A stretch of DNA of 64,000 bases, from assembly GCA_000165345.1 (NCBI GenBank), contig CM000429.1, forward strand, positions 128,001-192,000, given 5' to 3'. Within the stretch, counting starts at the first letter, position 1. Every line of letters starts with the position of its first letter. The position numbers were made by a program, and so were the translations under genes. The notes under the pieces are model-generated. The model had not been told where the DNA came from, made no database searches, and saw nothing but the letters and a program-made list of their open reading frames with translations. Positions 51,675-62,200 of this stretch are shown here, in pieces.

Positions 51675-52682
51675 ATGACAGAAAATTCAGTCAAAATCGA
51701 GTCTCATTCAAAGAAAGAAACAATTTCTCATTTGAATGAATCGGCAAGTACAAGCAATCCCAGAAAGAAAAGCAGAAAAAACACAGGAAAGGACAACAAG
51801 GTTGATAATTTTGATTCTCCCGTATTCTCAGTTAGGTATAAGGATCCATCAATAGAGTTATCAGATGATAGATTAACAGCTGTGGGGTATAAAGGTTGGT
51901 CAACAGTTTTGTTAACACACGGTGCAAGTTCTGGAGTTTGGTATTTTGAAATTACAGTTTTAGAACCACGGGTTATTTCCAAGTTTTTAGGTCATTCTAA
52001 GTTTTTAAATTTGAAACAAGACCCCAGTATAAGGTAAATTTAATAAAATTATTAATTATATTTTCCTTCATTTTTAACTAACTTTACAATTAGGGTTGGA
52101 TGGAGTTGTAGATATAATAGATTGGATACTCCAGTTGGCACATCAACCTTTGGATATTCCTTCAATACAAAAACTTACTCCATTTTTTCCAATGCTAAAG
52201 CTCAAGAAATTCATGAATCGGAAAAAATTACTCAAATTAACCCTGGTGATGTGATTGGATGCTTAATCAAACTTAGTGGTGTACCTTATGAACTAGAGGA
52301 TCCCAGAAATTGTCCCCATTTGCATCCATATTTAGAGCTTGGACTTTTATGTAATCCAGAAGTACTCCCTAAAGTTATAAACGATCCTAGTAAGTTTTTC
52401 AATTACTTTGATTGCTATTCAACTTCTATTAAATTCCTTCAAATCTTTTTCATTTATTATTATTATTATTTTTAACATTATTCAGATTCCCTAATTGAGT
52501 TTTATATTAATGGGAAGAAGTTGAGTGCTAACTTTACAAATATTCCTTCAGGATTTTATCATCCTACTGTTTCATTATATATGGGATCCTCCGTAAAGAT
52601 CAACATAGGACCAAACTTTGCGTTCTTTCCTCACACTGAGTTGGAACCTGCTTTAAAGCTACTAAGACCTCAAATACCTTAG
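51675..52682 (+). CDS. ASH2/Bre2-like SPRY-domain protein (Set1/COMPASS subunit-like), about 283 aa, three exons: 51675..52033, 52094..52389, 52486..52682; introns 52034..52093 (GTAAAT...AATTAG) and 52390..52485 (GTAAGT...TATTCAG)
   Basis: SPRY/ASH2 blocks are present: LSDDRLTAVGYKGWSTVLLTHGASSGVWYFEITV (~[34 protein letters not shown]), a RVGWS...GTSTFGYSF block spanning the intron 1 junction, and GFYHPTVSLYMGSSVKINIGPNFAF (~[21 protein letters not shown]). The two track ORFs (51675..52037 and 52122..52475, the latter with a TTG pseudo-start) are fragments that read through donors. Confidence 0.75.
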
Positions 52683-53233
52683 TCAACATTTCAGGATGTA
52701 ACTCTTATTTCTATACTTAGCCATCCTACTTTTTACTCTTCTTATATCACTTTTTCCCTTTCATTTCCTCCCTCTCCCCTCTCTCTTTCTCTCATTCTTC
52801 ACTCTCATCTTTTTTTCCTAAGGTACTATCTTGATATTCCAGTTAATGTCAAAATAAAAATTTAGGGAAAGCCCGCCCAAACTTAATTACCAAGATTTTA
52901 ATTTCGCATGTTTTAAAAGTACAAGGTTGAATGTGGGGAGAAGAATTAAATACAGAGGGAAATTAGGAAAAAAAAGGAAAAGAACTTATATTTAAATAAA
53001 TATTTATTTATTTATTTAAATAGATCAAAAATTCAGAAAGTTAAAGTTTTATTCATAAGTTAAGAAATCCACAGGATAATATTATTAGAGGAAAAGAGAG
53101 TTTCAAAGAGAAATAAGAAGAGAAGCTCAAGTCTAAGGAAATAGGATTTTAATATAGATACTTGATTATAATATGGAAAAATTCTTAATACAGTAAGGTA
53201 GTGGAAGTTTTTGACAGAATCTGTGAAAAAAAA

Positions 53234-56200
53234 ATGAGTCAAAGAGCAAAGACTTCATTGATCAACTTTTTGTTGGAAGTGGTACCTTCAGCATTGGATT
53301 GTTCCAGACAACAATTAACGTCATTATTGACAGGAAAAGGTGATGAACAATTAAAAAGGTTTCTAAGAGAAACTGATGTTCACTGTTTAATTGTAGGTAA
53401 AGAAAAAGTTATGGAATCTAATGTAGGACGAGAAACCAATTCTGAAGGATTAAATTTAAATGATACTATTTCTGGAGAAAATAGATTGGATTATAATGAA
53501 GAAGTTGTACAACATCAAGTATTTATTGAAACATTTATGACTTCTAGATGTTTAAAAGCTTCATTAATGGTTTTTGTCAAAAATCCTGGGTTTCAAGTTT
53601 CAGAAGATGGAATTATTACAACAAGTGTTGATAGAGGAGCTGAAACATCTGAGTCTGCTGGAACTGATTCACCTGAAGATCATACAAAAACTACTGGAGT
53701 TGTATCCCATTCTAAATCTTTATCTTCTAGTTTACAGTGTATTCAATTAGGATTTGTTGGTTCACAACTTACTCCATACGAAGTTTTAAACCAGTACTTA
53801 CAATTTGCTTTTACTCCTTTATTAGATGCATTAGGTAATGCAAAAACTACTTCTGGAACAATTGGAGGTGAAATTGGAGATTCTGTAGATTCTACAGAAT
53901 CTGGATCTCATTTAGGTCTTGAGAACATTCAAAGAAAGGTTAATGAATTATGTTTGGCATTACAACAAGGTCAAGATGATAGTATGATCCCAATGGTCAA
54001 GTTAAATTTGGATCCAAAAGTTGCAGAATATGCTAAAGAATATAAAAATACTGGTAAGATTAATAATATGGATGAAATTATTGAAGATTCTACATTCTTA
54101 TCTTCACTTCAAGTTTCTATTACTCAATGGATTAGAGAAATTCAATCATTAGCAAGATTTCAAAGAGATATTGGATTAAGTGTTACATCTGAAGTCAAAT
54201 TTTGGTCATCTTATGAAAGAAGTCTTCAACAAATCTTAAAACAAGTTCAAAGTCCTGAAGTTGAATGGTCATTATCAGTATTACGCCAATCTAAGAAATT
54301 CTTAGCTGCAATTTCTTTAGAAGTTGATACTGGACTTAAACAATCCATTGAAAAAGTACAAAATATTAATACTTTAATACATGATATCCCAATTAATGAC
54401 TTACTTGTCGCAACTTCTATTGATGAAATTACTTCTGCTGTTACATTATTCTTCCAACAATTAAGAAAAATTAAAGGAGCAGCTTCTTATCCTATTTCAA
54501 GAACATTCCAACTTGTTGAAGTTTATTCTAATGATATGACTAAACAAATGTATAAAGTTCTTCAAAATAATCCAACCACATCTTTAATGCTACTCGAATT
54601 CCCTGTGTTTGAACATTTAGTTAATGGTTGTAATGAACTTGGACAAGTATGGGAAGATGAATGGAGAGAACTAAAGGATGTTATCAGAGATTTAATTAAA
54701 AAGAGAGGACTTTCAGAAAGAGCTCATCCAAAGATGGATTTTGCTCATGTTCCATTAATTCAACGTTTAAATGATATTGTCATATTTAGAAAACAACATC
54801 AAAAATTGAAAGATACTCTATTAGAACTTTTATCCATCCAAACTTCAGCATCTTCTAATGAACAAACTGATCAAAACCCTTTATCAGCTTTAGGTATTGA
54901 ACAAAACTCTGGAATTGATGCTTTACAATCTCTTGCAAAAAAAGATCTACAACAAGCTTATGCTTGTGTAGCTAATATTAACATACTTGATCTTTCAGCT
55001 ATTGGATTAGAAGCTTGGGAAGCTGGAAAACAAGCTTATAATAACAAAGTTGATGCTTCTGAGACATTATTGATTAAACAACTTAGAGAACAATTAAGTG
55101 GATGTGGTAATACTTTAGAAATGTTTAGAATACTTGGAAGATATAATCCTTTATTCTTTAGACCTAGAATCAGAAGTGCTGTGGAAGAATATCAAAGCAT
55201 TTTATTAGAAAAAGTTCAATCTGATTTTCAATTATTACAACTTAGATACCAAAATCCATACCAAAGAAGTGCAGCATCTCAATTTTCTTGTCTTAGAGAT
55301 ATTCCTAATATTGGAGGAATGTTAGTTTGGTCTCATCTACTTCAAGAAAGGATTCAAAGTATATATTTCAAGCTTGAAGATATTTTTGGTCCAAATTGGG
55401 AATTTGAAAGCCAAGGACATAAAGTTAAGACTGATGGTGATCATATTACTTCAAAAATACATCCAAATCAAATTGTTGATTTCTGGTTACAACAAAGAAA
55501 AGATGATAAATTGACTTATGATTTAAATAAACCAGTTTTAGGATTAATGAAAAGTGGTAATTTATCCACTACATCTTTTATATTGGCTTCAACTATTGAT
55601 TCTGGAATATTATCATTATTTAAAGATCTAAGAATTATTCAGTCTTATGCTTATAGAGTTCCATATAGTGTCAAAGTTTTGGCTGATGAACTTAAGTTAT
55701 TATATCCTTATATTTCTCATCTAAACTCACTTTGTATTAATTGGATGAGAATTGCAACTCAATTAGAAGTTGAACCAGGAAAAAGAATCTCTCCTTTATT
55801 AACTCCATTTCGTCAAGAAGTATATAATATAATACAAGAAGGAATTTCTTTAAGTTGGTCATCTGATAGACTTGAAGGATTTATAAGAAGATTTTATGAT
55901 TCTGTTGATACTTTAGAACAAAAATTTGAAGCTGTTATGACTTTAGATGAACAACTTTCAGTATTAGTTTCTCAAATTAGGAATATTCAAGTATCTAAGG
56001 GACTTGGAGAACTTGTTTCTCATTTAAGTAAAATTGGATCCAAATGTCAAGAATTTCAATCACTTTTATTGGCATATAGAATTGATTATTTATTTTATTG
56101 GGATCAAGTCATACAATCATTTCTACTTCCAAAACTTAAAGAATTTGTTCAATTATGGATTAACCAATTCATATCAATTGGAGGAGTTGATCATGAAGTA

Positions 56201-59200
56201 TTTTCCCAAGATCATCCAATTTTATCTCCAAATAATAGTAATAATAATAACAATAACAATAATGATAATCCAAATCATACAATTCTTGGCTCTTTATCCA
56301 GTACAATTATTACTTTACAACTTAAAAATCAAAAAATTACTTTAAATCCTTCACTTGAAGATGTTAAATCTTTATGGTTAAGACGATTCCATCAAGAAAT
56401 TACAAAAATTACAAATCTTCCAAGAGTTACCAATATCTCAAGTATTCCACAAACATCTCCTTTTTATAATGATATCTCCAAAGCTAAAGAAGAATTAGCA
56501 ACTTTAATTTCTGGAAAAAATGAACAAATTGATGAAAATCCTGTTAATTATGTAAATAGTGATGATATTGGATCAGTTAAACATATTCCACTTGATCATA
56601 CATACAGACATTTATTTCTATTTCTACCAAAATCTCTTTTAGAATGGAGTTATAAAAGTATTGATGATGTTTTTTCTTCTATTAAAGTTTCTATTGATTA
56701 TTGGACAAGATTTGAAGCTTTATGGTTTGTTGAATTAAGTAGTGTTACTGGAAAATTGAATAATCTATTACAATGGCAACAATTAGTGAAAGAAATGAGA
56801 AATTTAAGAACAACATTTAGTTCTAATGAAGATTTACGTTGGTTTTGTAGTAAAATTGCTTTGGATACATCTGCTATACAAGCAAAAATCATGAGTAAAT
56901 ATGATGGTTTAGCTAGAGAAATTCTTCATTTATATGCATCCAAATTAAATGAACAACTTTCATCTTATTGGACTTCAATTAGTACTATTAAACAAACATT
57001 GGATAAATTAGAACCATTCTTGGCTCAATGGTTGATTTGGATTGATAAGAATTCTTCAAGTATATCTACTTTAGTCTTAAAATCTGAAAATATTCCAACA
57101 AAAGGTTCTGTTATGACTAATTTACCTCCAGGAGGAGAAGCTTTACATTCTTCATTAATTGATTTAGTATCTAAAATGGTATCAGCACAAGATCAAGATC
57201 AGAAGATTGGATCTGATTTACCATTATTTTCTGATGGACAAAAATTTCTTGAAGTTCAAAGATTTACATTTCCTAATGATTGGATTTGGGTTGAACAATT
57301 TGAAGGTGAATATGATAAATCTCATCAAAGATTAGAACATTGTTTTGCTAATGTAATATTTCCAAGTAGAAGAAAAATTGAGAATTATCTTAAACTTTGT
57401 TTACAATTAATATTTATGTCTTATCAAGAACTATTATCAGAATGGACTCGATTAAGAGGAATAACATTTGTTAAGAATCCTTTCTTAATGTTAGATCAAA
57501 TTGGAGTAATTGAAAATAAAGTCAATGTTTTACGTCAAGATATTGAATCATTTAATATGATTTTTAAAGCTTTTAAATTTGATTCTTCTTGGATTGATAC
57601 TGAATTAAATAAAGTAACAAGTGAAACATTTGATACAATTCTACGTGATCTTAAAGACTTTAAAGAGATATGGAATCAATTAAATGTATTCTTTGTAATG
57701 ATTAGTGAATATAAAAGAATGTTATGGACAGAAGTTAATGTTAAAACACTTAAAACTAATTTAGAGAGTTTAATTTCGAATTTGAAATCAATACCAGTTA
57801 AATATAGACAATATGATGCATTTGAACAATTACAACATGATGTTGAAGGATATAATAAAAATATGGGTTATATTTCTAGGCTTAAAGCTGAGTATATGAA
57901 AGAAAGACATTGGAAATTATTATTGAGTAAAGTTATTTGGCATGAAAAGACGAGTAATTCAGGATTAGAATCATCATCTACTGAAGGAGGAGCAGGAATG
58001 GGAACTGGAGCAGAAGGAATTCAGTCCACAAATCAAGAAGAAAAATCCACAAGTAATATTGAAAATGATCAAAGCCAAAATATTCAAACTTTAACTAGTC
58101 TAACTAAAACAGGAATGAAAAATTTAAGATCTTCAAGATCGATGAAATTTTCATCCATGAGTAGTTCAAGTATTTTTTCTATGTCAATATTCTCAACTTT
58201 AACTTTAGGAGATGTTTGGTCAATTAATTTTGATGCATCTTCAGCTATTATGTCAGAAATATTAGCTAAAGCTCAAGGAGAACATGGATTAGAATCATAT
58301 ATTCAAGGTATGAAAGAACTTTGGAATGGATTTGAAATCGAATTTACTGGACTTCCTAATAATCCTAATACAAAAGTTATTAAGAATTGGGATATTATGT
58401 TAACAGCAATTGATGATCATTTAAGTGCTTTACAAAATATGTCACTTTCTCCATTCTATGAAATCTTTCAAGAAGAAAGTCAACTTTGGACAGAAAAATT
58501 AACAAAACTTAGATTTACTTTAGATCTTTGGATGGAAACACAAAGAAGATGGATATATTTACAAGGAATATTCTTAGCTAGTACTGATATTGCTAATCTA
58601 CTTCCTCAAGAATATAAAAGATTTCAAACTGTTGATGCTGAAGTACAAGGATTATTAAAGAAATCTCAATCAAGACCTAAAGTTATTGATCTTCTTACTT
58701 TTGAAGGTTTAACTAAATCATTAGAAAGAATTAGTGATTATTTGAATAAGATTCAAAAAGCACTTGGTGAGTATTTAGAGAAACAAAGAAGTATGTTCCC
58801 AAGATTTTACTTTATTGGTGATGAAGATTTATTAGAAATGATTGGTAATGGTAAAGATATTACTGTTGCTCAGAGACATTTTAATAAGATTTTTGCAGGA
58901 ATCACATTCTTAAAATTTCAAGATCTTATGGATGAAAATATTGATCAAAATATACAGGGAAAGAAAAATAATGGAAATAGAAATAATCAAAAAGATGAAC
59001 AAATTGAAAGTATGATTATTGGTATGGGATCTAAAGAAGGTGAAGTCATTCATTTTAAAGATCCTATTCCAATATTAAAAGATACCTCTTTAGTAGAATG
59101 GCTTGGTAAAGTTGTACAAGCTATGCAAATTACTTTAAATGATTTAATAGGAAAAGCAATAGAAGATATTATTTCAAATTTTGGAATGTCTTCATTTACT

Positions 59201-62200
59201 GAAGATGATCATATTCTTTCAGAAAAATTAAGATCTAATTTTGAAAAATATCCAACACAAGTACTTTTAGTAGCTTGGATGTCTTGGTGGACAAAATTAA
59301 CAGAAGAATCATTTTCATCAGGAACAAGTACAAAACAATTACAAGAATTTATACAAAGAATACTTTCTAGATTGAGTGATATTGTTGCAACTTTGGAAGA
59401 AAATACATGTCATAAAATTAAATATAATCAATTAATTGTAGAATTTGTACATGAAAGAGATGTTTTAAGTCATTTAATTGAACAAAATGTAACATCTAGT
59501 CAAAGTTTTCATTGGCTTCAATATATGAGAATGTATTGGATGAGTAAAGATTGTCAAAAAAATCTGAAAGATCTTGAAATGATTGGTGAATTTGATAATG
59601 ATATTATTGTAAGAACAGCAAATTCTGCTTTTATTTATGGTTATGAATATCTTGGTATTCCAGAAAAATTGGTTCAAACTCCTTTAACTGATAGAACTTA
59701 TTTAACTTTAACTCAAGCTTTACATATGAGACTTGGTGGAAATCCATTTGGTCCAGCTGGTACTGGTAAGACAGAAACTGTTAAAGCTTTAGGAAATCAA
59801 TTAGGAAGATTTGTTTTAGTTTTTAATTGTGATGAACAATTTGATTTTACTGCAATGGGAAGAATTTTTGTTGGTTTATGTCAAGTTGGAGCTTGGGGTT
59901 GTTTTGATGAATTTAATAGATTACAAGCAAGAATATTATCAGCAGTATCAGAACAGATTTTAACAATTCAAACAGCATTAATAAAGAATAGTAATACTGT
60001 AGAACTTTTAAATAAGACAATTCCAATGAGTCAAGATGTTGGTATATTTGTTACAATGAATCCAGGTTATGCTGGAAGATCAGAATTACCTGATAACTTA
60101 AAACATTTACTTAGAGAAATTGCTATGGTAGTACCAGATAGACAAAGAATTGCTGAAGTAACTCTTTTTGCTCAAGGTTTTCAATTTGGTGAAATGATTT
60201 CACGTCAAATTGTGACATTATTTGAACTTTGTCAATCTCAAATGACAAGTCAACCACATTATGATTTTGGTTTACGTTCAATGAAATCAGTACTACGTTC
60301 AGCTGGTAAGCTTAAAAAATCTGCAATATCTGAGAATAAAGAAGCATTGGATGATCCACAAAAACTGGTAATATTAGAGCAACAACTAATTATTAGATCA
60401 ATATCATCAACATTATTACCAAAATTAGTTTCAACTGATGTTCCTTTATTAACAACATTATTTCAAGGAGTTTTTCCTCAAGTTCCATTTGAATCTTTGA
60501 ATGATTCATTAATGGTAGAACAAGTCAAATTGATTTGTAAGAGAAATTCTTTAGAAGCAACATCTCAATGGTTGGATAAAACATTACAACTTTTTGAGAT
60601 TCAAAAATTAAATCATGGTATAATGTTAGTTGGATCAACAGGTACTGGTAAGACAACAGTAAGAAAGACTTTATTAGAAGCAATGGATACAGTTCAAGGA
60701 TCTAAAACAATAAGTTATGTAATAGATCCAAAAACTATTGATAAAGAAAGTTTATTTGGGAAATTGAATCCAGTAACGTTAGAATGGACTGATGGTGTAT
60801 TTACAGCTATATTAAGAAAAATCATTAATTCCTCTGATAATAATAATAATAATAATAATAATGATCAAACAGGATCAGGAGGAGTTGGTGGGATTAATAA
60901 GAAATATTGGATAATATTTGATGGTGATGTAGATCCTGAATGGGCAGAGAATTTGAATTCTGTATTGGATGATAATAAACTTTTAACTCTTCCAAATGGT
61001 GAAAGATTAGAACTTCCTCCTTGGGTTAGAGTAGTATTTGAAGTACATTCTTTAGCAACTGCTACATTAGCAACAGTTTCTAGATGTGGTATGATTTGGT
61101 TCAATGATGAGATTATTTCTGATGAAATGTATTTTACTTCATTTTTATTTAATAAGATCAAGATGGGAAATAATACAATTAATAATGTGAATACTGGTCC
61201 AAACTCTTCTAATACTGGAGGAGGAGGAGGGGGATCTTCAAAAATTTCAGAATCTGCTACTTCTGATCAACTTGGTGAAGGAAGTGATAATATAGGTAAT
61301 AATACAACTGGTATGGAAGAATTTGAATCAGCTGAAGGAACAGGAATTGAACAAAATTTAGAAACCTTATTAAGAAATAAAGCATATTCAATATGGCAAT
61401 CAATATTATTCAAAGATTCATTTGGTTCAAAATGTCTCTCATTTGCATCAAAAAGACCTCATACAATGGTTTTTACAAGAATTCGAGTCTTAGAAGCTGC
61501 ATTTTCATTACTCAATAGTTCTATTAAACTATTATTAGACTCTAATTCTACTATGGGAAATGGTAAATTACCACCAATGGATTCTTTAACAGAATTCTTC
61601 TCTCGTTGGCTTATTTGGTCTTTAATTTGGGGATTCTCCTCAAGTATGAACCTCTCTGATCGAATATCTTATACTAAAGAAGTTATCTCTATTGTTACAT
61701 TTACTGATCTTCCACCAATGGAAGATGAAAATATTTCTATTCTTGATTTCAAAGTTGTTATTCCAACAGGAGAATGGAGAAAATGGAGTTTAGAATGTAA
61801 AGAAACTGAAGATCTTCCTCTTAATAAAGTTCTTGATTCAAATGTTATTATTGAAACTGTCGATACCCTTCGTCATTTTCAAGTATTACATGCTTGGTTA
61901 CATGCTCATCTTCCTGCAATATTATGTGGACCTCCTGGTAGTGGAAAAACTATGACATTATCATCAGTATTAAGAAGTATGACAGATGTTGATATTGTTT
62001 CATTAAACTTTTCATCAGCTACAACTCCTGAAATATTATTAAAAACATTGGAACATTATTGTGAATTTATTAAAGCTCCAAGAGGATGGATATGTCGTCC
62101 AATGGTACCAAATAAATGGTTAGTAGTATTCTGTGATGAATGTAATTTACCAGAACCTGATAGATATGGTACTCAAAGAGTTATTATGTTTATAAGACAA

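Noticed and set aside
4406-52122. ORF-track start codons at 4406, 31877, 50040 and 52122 taken as true initiators
   Set aside because: The underlying codons are GTG, TTG, GTG and TTG. The track evidently accepts alternative starts. True starts were reassigned to ATGs (4611 via an upstream exon, 31886, 49998) or to a splice acceptor (52094).
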